Source: a virus (lineage: Duplodnaviria > Caudoviricetes). Taken from it: a stretch of DNA of 64,000 nucleotides. The notes beneath the pieces are model-generated. The model ran no database searches. It was not told the DNA's origin and saw nothing but the letters and a program-made list of their open reading frames with translations. Location of the stretch: IMG/VR virus record IMGVR_UViG_2816332589_000001, positions 32,001 to 96,000 of that record, one strand, 5' to 3'. Below are positions 49,829 to 59,387 of the stretch, piece by piece. The translations under genes were made by a program, and so were the position numbers. The stretch's first letter is position 1, and each line of letters opens with the position of its first letter.

Positions 49829-50388
49829 CCCGCACGCCGCGCCGCCGCAAGTGGCGCCGGGCCGCCGGCCAGACCGACGAGGTCGAACAGCGCGGCCGCG
49901 CCTTCATCGAGGAGCTGGACCTGCCGCCCGTCGACAGCGTCCTGGACCTGCTGCCGTTCATGGAGGCCCGGCTCAACCGGTCGATCCGCCTCATGCCGTT
50001 CACACCCGACCCCGCCGACCCGGACGCCCTCGACGCCTCCGCGCCCTGCGGCCTGTGGCTGGCCACCGAGACGACCGACTACGTCTTCTACGACACCGGA
50101 ATCAGCCGCGCGCACGCCGAAATCATCGTCGCCCACGAGTTCGCCCACATGCTCAAGCAGCACCGCGGCAACCAGCCGCTGCTGACCGGCGACCTCGGGG
50201 GACTGATCACCGACATCGACCCGGCCACCGTCCAGCTCATCCTCGGCCGCACCCGATACACCGAACCCGACGAGTACGAGGCAGAGATGCTCGGCTCGCT
50301 GCTGGACGAACACGTCAGCAAGGCCCGCGCCGCCGCCTCCCGCACCGCCCCGGAATCCGACCCGATAGCCCGCACGCTGCTGCGATGA
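49825..50388 (+). CDS. ImmA/IrrE-like zinc metallopeptidase
   Basis: PCGLW...HEFAH...EYEAE. Confidence 0.8.
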   Translation: MTRTPRRRKWRRAAGQTDEVEQRGRAFIEELDLPPVDSVLDLLPFMEARLNRSIRLMPFTPDPADPDALDASAPCGLWLATETTDYVFYDTGISRAHAEIIVAHEFAHMLKQHRGNQPLLTGDLGGLITDIDPATVQLILGRTRYTEPDEYEAEMLGSLLDEHVSKARAAASRTAPESDPIARTLLR

Positions 50389-50402
50389 ACGAATAAGGCT
50401 CC

Positions 50403-51620
50403 GTGAAAGACATACTCCACCCCATGTGCCTGGTGATCGCGGGCACGGGGTTCCTCTTCCTGCTCCGCGACCTCGGCAAGTCCCGTCGCGAACCTGCCCT
50501 GACCGCCCTCGCCTGCGTCTTCGGCCTGTCCGCGTTCAGCTACGCCGTCACCATCTCCTGGTCGTGGGTGCACATCGGCGGGTTCTTCGGCATCCCCAAC
50601 CTGTCCGCCCCGCTCGCCCAGGGCAGCGTGCTGCTGATGTTCGCGTGCCAGGCCACCGTCCTGGCGTACTGGACGAGGCCGCCGGCCGAAGCCCGCCGCA
50701 TCAGCCGCCGCCTGTTCACCATCGATGCCGTCGCCATCGCCAGCCTGATCACGCTGTTCACACTGCTCACCCCGGCCACGACCAGGCCCGTCGACTTCAC
50801 GCTGTACTACGCCCACGACCCGGTCTTCCAGGCGTACACCCTGCTGTACTTCGGCACCTTCACCGTCGCCCAGATCTACCTGGCGTGGGTCTGCTGGAAG
50901 TACGCCCGCCGCGCCACCACCCCGTCCATCACGGTCGGGCTGCGCATCATCGCGGTAGGCGCCGTCATCACCCTCGGCCAGAGCGGCCACCGCATCCTCG
51001 CGATGATCGGAGCCTCCGCCGGCTTCAGCGTCAAGGGCTTCGAACCGTACGCCTGGCTCTGCGGCGACCTCGGCGCCACCCTCACCCAGCTCGGCTACTT
51101 CCTGCCCATCCTCGTACGCCGCACCTCCACCGTCCGCGACTGGACGACCGCGCATCTGCGCTACCGGCGCCTGCGCCACCTGTGGGCCGCCCTCGACCAG
51201 GCCGAGCCCGGCATCACCCTGCGCCGCCCGACCCGCCACCGCGACGACCTTCTGCACGGCCGCAGCGCCGCCTTCCCCCTCCTGCGACGCCGCACCGAGA
51301 TCCGCCAGGGGCAGAAGCTGCTGCGTCGCTTTCTCGACCCCGCCGTACGGACCGCCTCCGAAGCCCGGCACACCACCGCGGGCCTGACCGGCGCCGACCT
51401 CGCGGCGGCCGTCACCGCCGACCAGATCCACGCCGCGCTCCTGCGCCACCACGCGAACGACCCCGTCGAGGCCCCGGCCGAGTACGCCGACGCACAGCTC
51501 GATCTCGCTACCACCGAAGACGAGCTGCTTCACCTGATCGCCGTCGCCGCGCACTTCACCCCGCCCCGGCTGAGCGACGCCTCCGACACTCCCAGCACCA
51601 CATCAGGAGCCCGTACGTGA
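50403..51620 (+). CDS. MAB_1171c/DUF6545-type multi-pass membrane protein
   Basis: About seven transmembrane helices followed by LRHLW...LRRRTEIRQG...ELLHLIAVA. Confidence 0.75.
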   Translation: MKDILHPMCLVIAGTGFLFLLRDLGKSRREPALTALACVFGLSAFSYAVTISWSWVHIGGFFGIPNLSAPLAQGSVLLMFACQATVLAYWTRPPAEARRISRRLFTIDAVAIASLITLFTLLTPATTRPVDFTLYYAHDPVFQAYTLLYFGTFTVAQIYLAWVCWKYARRATTPSITVGLRIIAVGAVITLGQSGHRILAMIGASAGFSVKGFEPYAWLCGDLGATLTQLGYFLPILVRRTSTVRDWTTAHLRYRRLRHLWAALDQAEPGITLRRPTRHRDDLLHGRSAAFPLLRRRTEIRQGQKLLRRFLDPAVRTASEARHTTAGLTGADLAAAVTADQIHAALLRHHANDPVEAPAEYADAQLDLATTEDELLHLIAVAAHFTPPRLSDASDTPSTTSGART

Positions 51621-53188
51621 TCGCCCGTCGCACCCTGCTCACCGCCACCACAGGAATCGCCGCCATCGCCATGACCCCTCCCGCTTCCGCCACCACCCGC
51701 ACCAGCAGCACCCGCGCCGCTCGCGCCACGCTCCACCTGGCGCCCGCGCGCACCCAACTCGCCGCCCTGCGCAACCGCGACGCCAGCAGCCGCGACCTCC
51801 TGGAGCAGTACCTCCAGCACATCGCCAAGGCCAACCCCGCCGTCAACGCCGTCGTCACCCTCGACGCTGACGCCGCCCGCGCCGCCGCCGACCAAGCCGA
51901 CCGGCACCTGCGCACTACCGGCAAGCCCCTCGGCCCCCTGCACGGCCTCCCGATGACCGTCAAGGACGCGCTGGAGACGAAGGGGATGCGCACCACCAGC
52001 GGCTCCCCCGACCTCTCCGACCACGTCCCCGACCAGGACGCCGACGCCGTCGCGCTCCTGCGGGCCGCCGGCGCCGTCATCATCGGCAAGACGAACGTGC
52101 CCGTGATGTGCCAGGACATCCAGACGTCCAACCCGATCTTCGGCACGACCAAGAACCCCTTCGACGCGTCGAAGACCACGGGCGGCTCCTCCGGCGGCCC
52201 GGCCGCCGCCGTCGCCTCCGGCTTCACCAGCCTCGAAGTCGGCTCCGACCTCGCCGGCTCCCTGCGCCTCCCGGCCGCCTACTGCGGCGTCTACGCCCTG
52301 CGCACCTCCCGCGGCGCCAGCCCGATCGTGCCCACCCGCGGCCACATACCCCGCCTGCCCGGCTGGGCCACCAGCAGCGACATGGTCACCCTCGGCCCGA
52401 TGGCCCGTACCGCCGACGACCTCGACCTCCTCCTGGACGTGCTCGCCGCCCCCGCCCCCGCCGACCGTGCCGGATGGAAGATCGACCTCCCGGCCCCCAC
52501 CAAAACCAGCCTCGACCAGTACCACGTCGGCATCTGGGCCGACGATGCGTACTGCCGCGTCGACGCCGACACCCGCGACCTGCTCGACCATGTCACCTGG
52601 GCGCTGCGCAACGCCGGCGCGAGCATCGACGCCACCACCCGGCCCATCGACTTCGACGAGTCCAACACCCTCTTCCAGCGCCTGCTGTACGCCACGTCGT
52701 CCGCCACCGCCGCTGACAAGGACTTCGCCGCCGACATCGCGGCCGCGGACAAGATCCCCGCCGACGACCCCAACGGCATCTACCTTCACTCGCGCACGAT
52801 GCGTCACCGGGACTGGTGCGTCGCCGACGAGAAGCGCCAGAAGCTCCGCGGGAAGTGGGCCGACTACTTCGCCGAGCACGACGTGCTGATCACCCCGGCC
52901 GCCCCAACCGCGGCCATCCCTGACCAGACCAGCACTCCGCTCCCGCAGCGCTCCATCACGGTCGATGGCACCAAGCGCCCCTACTACGACCAGACCAGCT
53001 GGATCAACCTGGCCAGCGTGGCGGGCCTGCCCTCGGTGGTCGTCCCGGCCGGCAAGACCGCCGACGGACTGCCGCTGGCCTTCCAGATCATCGGCCCCTA
53101 CCTCGCCGACCGCACGGTCATCGACGTGGCCAAGCATCTCGCGCGACGCCTGCCCAAGCCAGTCCAGCCGCCCGCCTTTACGGCGTAA
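51617..53188 (+). CDS. Amidase-signature family enzyme with a Tat-like N-terminus
   Basis: GPLHGLPMTVKD, GKTN, GGSSGG, GSDLAGSLRLPA; N-terminal ARRTLL plus hydrophobic stretch plus ASA. Confidence 0.9.
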   Translation: MIARRTLLTATTGIAAIAMTPPASATTRTSSTRAARATLHLAPARTQLAALRNRDASSRDLLEQYLQHIAKANPAVNAVVTLDADAARAAADQADRHLRTTGKPLGPLHGLPMTVKDALETKGMRTTSGSPDLSDHVPDQDADAVALLRAAGAVIIGKTNVPVMCQDIQTSNPIFGTTKNPFDASKTTGGSSGGPAAAVASGFTSLEVGSDLAGSLRLPAAYCGVYALRTSRGASPIVPTRGHIPRLPGWATSSDMVTLGPMARTADDLDLLLDVLAAPAPADRAGWKIDLPAPTKTSLDQYHVGIWADDAYCRVDADTRDLLDHVTWALRNAGASIDATTRPIDFDESNTLFQRLLYATSSATAADKDFAADIAAADKIPADDPNGIYLHSRTMRHRDWCVADEKRQKLRGKWADYFAEHDVLITPAAPTAAIPDQTSTPLPQRSITVDGTKRPYYDQTSWINLASVAGLPSVVVPAGKTADGLPLAFQIIGPYLADRTVIDVAKHLARRLPKPVQPPAFTA

Positions 53189-53357
53189 CCCGACTCGGTC
53201 GCGCCCGGCCCCCGCGGGGGTGGGGCCAGGCGCGCCCGTACAACACGAAGACGGGTCCGCGTTGTCGTCGGTGCTTGCTATGGTGGATCGTCTCAACCAT
53301 GGGATGCACATGCAGGGCTGATCCGCGGACGCTGAGGAAGCTCCTAGGAAGCGTCGA

Positions 53358-53506
53358 ATGGTCCCCGTGCACGCGGGGGTGTTTCGCTGAATGATCGCGG
53401 AGAGCAACGGAGCGACGAGTCCTGTCCCCGCAGGCGTGGGGGTGGCCCCTGGGGCTCGTGCTACGCCAAGCGGATAACGCAGTGGTCCCTGCACCACGAT
53501 GGCCCC
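53358..53506. CRISPR. Degenerate type I-E-like mini-array (three repeats, two spacers), no cas genes in the window
   Basis: Repeats ATGGTCCCCGTGCACGCGGGGGTGTTTCG (53358), CCTGTCCCCGCAGGCGTGGGGGTGGCCCC (53421) and truncated GTGGTCCCTGCACCACGATGGCCCC (53482); spacers of 34 and 32 nt. Confidence 0.6.
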
Positions 53507-53545
53507 GGGCGAAGTCCGGGGCCATCAAGCCGTCTACAGCAAGCG

Positions 53546-53992
53546 TCAGGTGCCGAGAGCGTCGAGCGCTACCCGTTTGCTTGGCCACGGTCCACGCTCG
53601 CCGTCCGTGGCCGGATCGGTCGGCAGGGCCCACCACTGGCGCGGGGCGCGGCGTACGACCCGAAAGCGCCGGCCGGACCACCAGCGGTCACGGGGCAGGC
53701 CCATCCAGGCGTCCCGGGCCCTGACCCATTCCTCGGTGCCGACCGCCTGTGCGATCTGCTCCAGCAGGTCCCGCCGCCGGAGGTGCGCGAAGATCAGCCC
53801 GCCGCCGGTCCCGTCCTTCAAGTGCTGCGCCCAGGTCGCGAAGGCGTTGCCGTGCAGGTGGTCCATGTACGGCTCCGCCGACCACAGTCCGCTCCGCGAC
53901 CGGTGAGCGTGACGCACGACGAGCACCACGCCGTCGATGTCGGCGTACCGCGTCTCCCGGTGCCGCGTGCTGCGCGGGGCCTGCCCGGTCAT
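53546..53992 (-). CDS. Hypothetical protein
   Basis: 3' part of a longer ORF; Trp-rich; start inferred. Confidence 0.5.
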   Translation of the reverse strand: MTGQAPRSTRHRETRYADIDGVVLVVRHAHRSRSGLWSAEPYMDHLHGNAFATWAQHLKDGTGGGLIFAHLRRRDLLEQIAQAVGTEEWVRARDAWMGLPRDRWWSGRRFRVVRRAPRQWWALPTDPATDGERGPWPSKRVALDALGT

Positions 53993-54006
53993 CGGGTCGG
54001 TGTAGC

Positions 54007-54429
54007 TCAGGCAGATGTCTGCGGGCCGCACGGCGCATCCTCTCCGTCGCGCTGGGGTTCTTCCGCACCTTCGGTGGTCTCGGGAGCGGAATCGTTCCTG
54101 CTGTCGGCGAGGAGCTGCTTCACGAGCCGGATCGGCACGCCAGTGGCCAGGGCGATATCGCCCAGCGTTGCCCGCCGCAGGGCCAGGGCCCTTACCGCCT
54201 CGGCCAGGGCCGCTGTACGGGCGTCCTCCGCGGCCCGCAGCTGCTCCAGCTCCGGCGTCGTCGGGACGATCGTGACTTCGGCGGTCACGTCGAGGAGTGC
54301 AAGCCCCTCCTCGACGTTCTTGCGCAGCGCCTTCAGCGTCCGCCCGTGCCCGTAGACCCCGTACTCGGGGACGCGCGTCGTCCAGCCCCGGCCGCGCCGG
54401 TCGGCCCGGCACTCGATGGTCTCGCTCAC
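54007..54429 (-). CDS. HicB-like antitoxin
   Basis: WTTRVPEYGVYGHGRTLKALRKNVEEGL plus C-terminal HTH (TLGDIALATGV); coupled to the recombinase stop. Confidence 0.7.
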   Translation of the reverse strand: MSETIECRADRRGRGWTTRVPEYGVYGHGRTLKALRKNVEEGLALLDVTAEVTIVPTTPELEQLRAAEDARTAALAEAVRALALRRATLGDIALATGVPIRLVKQLLADSRNDSAPETTEGAEEPQRDGEDAPCGPQTSA

Positions 54430-55640
54430 GCTCCGCTCTCCATGTCCTCGATGACCTGCTGCACGACCAGGTCCGGGATGGGGGTGGGCAGGACGATCTG
54501 CCGGCCACCGATCCGGTACAGCGTGTGCCCCCCGCTGCTGCGCACGGACGTGACGGTGAGTCCGTGCCGGCGGGCCGCGGCGCGGATACGCAGCAGCGGC
54601 CCGCCTTCCTCCGCCCCCGCGCGCAGGCTCGCGGTGACCTCTTGGGCCGCCTTCCACTCCTCCACGGTGACCACCGCCTCGTGCACGGGCCGCGGCGACC
54701 ACACCCATTGCGAGACCGGGTTGTACTTGGAGAAACCGGGGCGGCCGGTGCGGGTCGCCCGACGGTTGTACACCTGGTAGCCGGTGAGTTTCGGGTTGGC
54801 GATCAGGCTTTCCACGCGGTTCCATGTCCACCGGTCCTCGATCGGGTACCGGTCGGGCTCCGCCTCCAGGATCGCGGCGATGTCTGAGCCCGTCAGGTGC
54901 TCCTCGCGCCGCAGCCGACACAGGGTCCGGGCCGCGTCGAACCGGCGCTCGTCGGGATGCCGGGCCAGCTTCTTCTTCGGCCGGACCACGCCGAACCGGC
55001 CGTCCCGTACGGGGGCGTTCTCATCGACCACCGCGATGTACGGGTAGGGCGGGTAGCCGTGGTTCCAGCCGTTGATGGCGTGCTGGATCTGGCCGCCCAT
55101 CGACATCTCCATCAGCGTGGCCCGGTAGACCTCGGCATCGACCTGGCCGTACCGGCGAACGCGCAGCCGGCCGGACTCGGTGCCGCCCGTCGGCTCGTTG
55201 GCGTAGACGACCTCCACGCCGATCTTGCTCAGCTCGTGTTCCACGGTGAGGCTGGTCAGCATGTGGCGTGCCACCCGGTCGGAGCGCTCGGCCAGGACGT
55301 GGGTGACACCGAGCTGCTCGACCCGGTCCGCGAGGTCCTGGAAGCCGCCGTCGCGCGGGGTCGGCACGGCGAGCGCGTCGTACATCTCCTGCGGCGCGAG
55401 GCCCCGCAGCTCCGGGGGCAGCATCCCGGACTCGACATCCCAGAAGTACGCGACGAACTCCTCGCCGGGCTCCAGACGCGCGGAAGCGAGGGAGACCTGC
55501 CTCGGGATGGAGGTGGCCGGGTTCTGGTTGTCCTTGGTGCTGACCCTGCCGAGGAACGCCGAGCGGCGGGGGCGGGAGTCGGCCGGCTCGAAGGCGGGCA
55601 TGTCGGTGAGGTCGATGGGCGGCCCGAATGGATTGGTCAC
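54426..55640 (-). CDS. Serine recombinase (catalytic plus recombinase domains) with a C-terminal HicA-like domain
   Basis: GRVST..Q, DVESG, SDRVAR, GYPPY.Y, NPKLTG, HEAVV..EEW; tail VRSSGGHTLYRIGGRQIVLP. Confidence 0.82.
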   Translation of the reverse strand: MTNPFGPPIDLTDMPAFEPADSRPRRSAFLGRVSTKDNQNPATSIPRQVSLASARLEPGEEFVAYFWDVESGMLPPELRGLAPQEMYDALAVPTPRDGGFQDLADRVEQLGVTHVLAERSDRVARHMLTSLTVEHELSKIGVEVVYANEPTGGTESGRLRVRRYGQVDAEVYRATLMEMSMGGQIQHAINGWNHGYPPYPYIAVVDENAPVRDGRFGVVRPKKKLARHPDERRFDAARTLCRLRREEHLTGSDIAAILEAEPDRYPIEDRWTWNRVESLIANPKLTGYQVYNRRATRTGRPGFSKYNPVSQWVWSPRPVHEAVVTVEEWKAAQEVTASLRAGAEEGGPLLRIRAAARRHGLTVTSVRSSGGHTLYRIGGRQIVLPTPIPDLVVQQVIEDMESGA

Positions 55641-55734
55641 GGCATTCCTATGGAATGAAGGCCCGGTTGGGCGGTGAACGGTAGGAAGGTGGTGTGGCCT
55701 CGGAGCCCGGGGCCTGGTCGCCCCGGGGCCGGTG

Positions 55735-56682
55735 TCAGCGCTGGAGGGCGGCGGCCTGCTTCCACCACATCTCGCGCAGCGCGGCGTAATCGCGGGCCTG
55801 CGCGCACAGCCCGCGGTGCTCGCCCATGCCTCCCGACAGAGGCGTGTGCAGGTGCGGGATGACCGGGCGCAGCAGCTCGGCGTAGTCCTGGCCACCGAGA
55901 AAGATCACGTCGGCGTCGTACGTACCGAGGTCGAAGACCTGCTCAGCGAGCCGCTCGGGCGTGATGGCCTGCGGGTCGCCGATCGTCACGTCGTACGGGA
56001 GCAGCGGGCGCTCCAGGTCCACCAGGCCGTGCCGCGCGGACAGAATCCGGATGAGCGAGGCGTCGGTCAGGGCGTCGGCAGCCAGCCGCAGGGACCGGTG
56101 ATACTGCCCGGTGTACAGCTCCCCCGCCGGGTAGCCCGGGTTGGCGTTCCCGTACTCGTTGTACCCGGGGTGCGGTGCCTTTTCCTGGCCGCACGCGATG
56201 ATCACGATGCGGCGGCGGTGCACGTCGATGCCGCCGCGCTGCCGGGCGTACGTCCGGCCGGCCGGGGTGAGATACAGGGAATAGCCGTGCTGGCCGAAAG
56301 ACGTGGCGTAACCAGCGGCCTGGACGGCGCGGAGGGTGGGGGCGCGGAACCACCTTGCTCCTTCCCAGTACGCGCGGTCGTCCCGGCCGGGTACGAGCTG
56401 ATCGGGACGACCGGCGGCCGTCACGATCGCCTCGTGCTGCACCGCGGGCAGCTTGGGCAGGAACGACTCGACCGCCGGTGCTGGAGCGGGGCCGTGCTGC
56501 TGCCGCCAGTGGTCCAGGGCCGCCCGTCCGGCCTCGGTCATGCGGTGGGTGCCGCCGTCGCCGGCGTGCCGGACGACCAGGCCGTCGGCCTCCAGCCGGG
56601 CGATGGCCGCGGCGTGGCCGGACACCACACCGTCGTCGTGGGCGTCGAGGATCTTTGCGCCCGTGGGGCTGAGCAGGCTCAT
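55735..56682 (-). CDS. DUF6884-like domain protein
   Basis: IIACGQEK...AGELYTG...ILSARHGLV...PYD. Confidence 0.7.
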   Translation of the reverse strand: MSLLSPTGAKILDAHDDGVVSGHAAAIARLEADGLVVRHAGDGGTHRMTEAGRAALDHWRQQHGPAPAPAVESFLPKLPAVQHEAIVTAAGRPDQLVPGRDDRAYWEGARWFRAPTLRAVQAAGYATSFGQHGYSLYLTPAGRTYARQRGGIDVHRRRIVIIACGQEKAPHPGYNEYGNANPGYPAGELYTGQYHRSLRLAADALTDASLIRILSARHGLVDLERPLLPYDVTIGDPQAITPERLAEQVFDLGTYDADVIFLGGQDYAELLRPVIPHLHTPLSGGMGEHRGLCAQARDYAALREMWWKQAAALQR

Positions 56683-56737
56683 GGAAGGTTCCTTTCGGCC
56701 CGGCCGGACGGTTCCGGCCGGGCGGTGAGCGGGTTGG

Positions 56738-57178
56738 TCAAGCGGTGCGGGAGTCGGGGTGCCGGTCCTCCCACGTCCAGGTGCGGCGGGCGGGGCCGCG
56801 GCCGGTGGCGTACCGGGCGGTCATGACGGCGTCCGTCTCGCACACCGAGGGCAGGCCGATGAGTTCGCGGGCGATGTGCTCGGCGAAGTCGTGGCGGACG
56901 CCGGCGCGCGGGTCGAGGCCGCGGACGGCCGCCCATGCGGCGCGGTCCACCTCCAGGCGCCAGCCGAGCGCCATGCGCACCCGCCCGTCACGCACGGAGA
57001 GCCGGGTCGGGCCGTAGCCGTACGCCCACCCCTCGGCCTCGGCCAGGGCCTTGATATCGGTGATGGAGGCGGTGACGTAGCCGATCAGCTCCCGGGGGAC
57101 CTCGGCCGCGTCGTACCCGTTGTCGTCGGCGAAGGAGTGCACGCCGACGTTCCACCACGTCTCAAGGCGGGTGATCAC
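56738..57178 (-). CDS. Hypothetical protein
   Basis: GTGA coupling with the upstream gene. Confidence 0.6.
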   Translation of the reverse strand: MITRLETWWNVGVHSFADDNGYDAAEVPRELIGYVTASITDIKALAEAEGWAYGYGPTRLSVRDGRVRMALGWRLEVDRAAWAAVRGLDPRAGVRHDFAEHIARELIGLPSVCETDAVMTARYATGRGPARRTWTWEDRHPDSRTA

Positions 57179-57387
57179 GGTTCGCCGCCGAAGCACTCGC
57201 CGCAGGTCGCGCGCGGCTCCTCGGCGTGATCCGGGCAGACCTCCGCGACCGTGTAGGGGGTGTTCCCGTCGTCGGCGTCGGTCAGGGCGTCGGCTACGGT
57301 CTGCGCTTCGCGGTGGCCAGCGTCGCCGTAGAACGGGCCATCGACCATCGCCGTGCCGTGTTCGAACACGCCGTACTCGGCGCTCAT
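57175..57387 (-). CDS. Small hypothetical protein (CxxH...CxxC)
   Basis: ATGA coupling with the upstream gene. Confidence 0.6.
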   Translation of the reverse strand: MSAEYGVFEHGTAMVDGPFYGDAGHREAQTVADALTDADDGNTPYTVAEVCPDHAEEPRATCGECFGGEP

Positions 57388-58160
57388 GCCGGCCGCCGGT
57401 AGCGGTTGCACTCGCGGTCGTGCTGCTGGTTGTGACGCTCCTGGGCGTAGCAGTCGCAGTGACGGGAGACCGGGCTGGTCACCCAGTCGGCGGCGAGCGC
57501 CGCGCACGCGGCGGAGTCCTCGGCGCAGTCCACCAGGTCGTCGCCGCCGTCGCCGCCGTACACCGGGTCGCCGATCGGCTCCCCGTGCTCATCGTGGAGG
57601 AGCATCGACCAGCCGGTGTGACGGCCCCGGAGGTGCCGTACGGACCCGTTCTGGTCGGCGATCGACAGGTGACCGTACACGCCGCGGCCGAGGTGTACGG
57701 GGATCTCGTAGGTGTCGCTGTGGGGGCCGTAGATGATGGACAGTCCGGCGCCGGGGACGATGCCGTACTCGGCGAGTGCGGCCAGCATGTCGGACCCGGC
57801 GGTGCATCCGTCCAGCCACTCGGCGACCGCCTTCGCGCACAGCGTGGCTTCTTCGGCCGCGGTCTCCCGCCGGTCGTGCGCGGTGTCGTGGAGCCGCTTG
57901 ACCTCCTGGAGCCCGTACGGGCCGCCCGGGGCCCATGCGTGCGCCTCGAAACCGGCCCACTCGAAGGGCCATTGGGCGTCGAACGCCTGCGAGGCGATCA
58001 TGGCGTGCTGGGTGCTGGTGAGGCTGTCGGGGTCGGTGTCCGGCAGGTAGGCAAGTACGGCTTCGTCGCGCTGGTCGTAGTGGGCGGCCAGGCTGGTGTT
58101 GCGCAGTGCGGTCAGCATCGCCTCGGCGGCCGGCGGCGTGACCTTGTCGAGGGTGGTCAT
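57384..58160 (-). CDS. Hypothetical protein
   Basis: 258 aa, good codon bias. Confidence 0.7.
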   Translation of the reverse strand: MTTLDKVTPPAAEAMLTALRNTSLAAHYDQRDEAVLAYLPDTDPDSLTSTQHAMIASQAFDAQWPFEWAGFEAHAWAPGGPYGLQEVKRLHDTAHDRRETAAEEATLCAKAVAEWLDGCTAGSDMLAALAEYGIVPGAGLSIIYGPHSDTYEIPVHLGRGVYGHLSIADQNGSVRHLRGRHTGWSMLLHDEHGEPIGDPVYGGDGGDDLVDCAEDSAACAALAADWVTSPVSRHCDCYAQERHNQQHDRECNRYRRPA

Positions 58161-58259
58161 GGAGAGTCTTTCGGTAGTCAGGAAGGAGATGGGCGGGAAC
58201 CGGGGTTCCGCACACCCCCGCCCGTGCCGGAGCGCGGGCGGGCAGTGCGGCGCTCCGGG

Positions 58260-59258
58260 TCAGCCCTGTACGCGCGGGATCTCGAAGGCGTCGATGGCGC
58301 GGGCGACGTACGCGCAGTCCTCGGCGAGCGTGGAGCCGACGGGCGCGGGGTCGAGCACGTCGATGCACTCGCCGTCCCCGTCGTAGGCGGAAGCGCTCCA
58401 CCGCTCGACGTGCTGAGAGGCGGGCCGGTCAACCTGCTCGTCGGAGATGATGCGGAAGTGCGGAACCTCGTACATGTCGGCCTCGGGCGTGCTGCGGTCG
58501 AGCGGTACGACGAGCCAGGTCTGTCCGCCTGCGCTGTCGCGGTAGGCAGGGAAGCCGTACGCGGCGAGAGCGGCGCGCAGAGCATCCCCGTCGGTGTGCG
58601 GGGGCGCGATGTCCGTGGGAGTCAGTTCCAGGCGCACGCCGGGCGCGGCGACGTACAGCCTGCCGTGGGGGTCGCGCAGCACGTAGCTCTGCTCCCGCTC
58701 GGACCACCGCATCAGCATCGCGCGGGCGCGGCTGCGGTTGACCGTGCCGTTGTGGAACTCCCGCCAGAAGAGGGCCGGGAAGCTGTGCGGGTCGGGGTGC
58801 AGCACGATCACCGTGTAGCCCGGGGCGGTCACTTCCTTGGGGCTGAAGTGCGGAAGTGGGGTCGCGAGCATCTGTATCGGCCCGTCCGTGCGCGGGTCCG
58901 GCCGGTCCAGCCACGCCCGTTCCAGCCGCGCGGACTCGTAGACGACCTCGGCGGCGGCGCTGAGCGCTGAGGCGTCCCGGTGCTCGCGAGCGAGCTGCAC
59001 GCACTCCGCGGCGAGCTGGGCGCGCCTGGCGTCCGCTTCCGGGGACGGCGGGAACAGCCATCTGCTCGCGATGAGCTTTCCCGCCTCGGTACGGGCGCGG
59101 TCGATGGCCTCGTTCAGGCGCTGCACGGTGTTCTTGGCGGTGCGGCGCTCCTTGCAGGCGGCGGCGATGGCGTCGTTGAGGCGGGTGCGTTCCAGCGCGC
59201 GCAGGGCCTGAGAGCGGGCGTGAGTGGGCAGGTGGGCGAGGTACTGAGGTGTGGTCAC
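58260..59258 (-). CDS. Hypothetical protein
   Basis: 332 aa; GGAG RBS. Confidence 0.7.
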   Translation of the reverse strand: MTTPQYLAHLPTHARSQALRALERTRLNDAIAAACKERRTAKNTVQRLNEAIDRARTEAGKLIASRWLFPPSPEADARRAQLAAECVQLAREHRDASALSAAAEVVYESARLERAWLDRPDPRTDGPIQMLATPLPHFSPKEVTAPGYTVIVLHPDPHSFPALFWREFHNGTVNRSRARAMLMRWSEREQSYVLRDPHGRLYVAAPGVRLELTPTDIAPPHTDGDALRAALAAYGFPAYRDSAGGQTWLVVPLDRSTPEADMYEVPHFRIISDEQVDRPASQHVERWSASAYDGDGECIDVLDPAPVGSTLAEDCAYVARAIDAFEIPRVQG

Positions 59259-59387
59259 GGCAGGCTCCGGGAGGTGGAGGGGAAGCGGGCCGGCTGGCGC
59301 GGCCGGTCGTGGTGAAGGGAAGGTGCAGGAGTGGCGCGGGGCCGCGGGGTGGGGAGGCGGCGGGCGCCTCCCCGGGGCGGGCGCGTG

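Noticed and set aside
53198-53506. Functional CRISPR-Cas locus
   Set aside because: No cas genes are in the window and the repeats are divergent. Kept only as a degenerate mini-array.
54426-55735. Prophage boundary or att site at the serine recombinase
   Set aside because: Element-specific motifs (parS-like site, leader hairpin) continue on both sides, and no host genes or att core could be identified.
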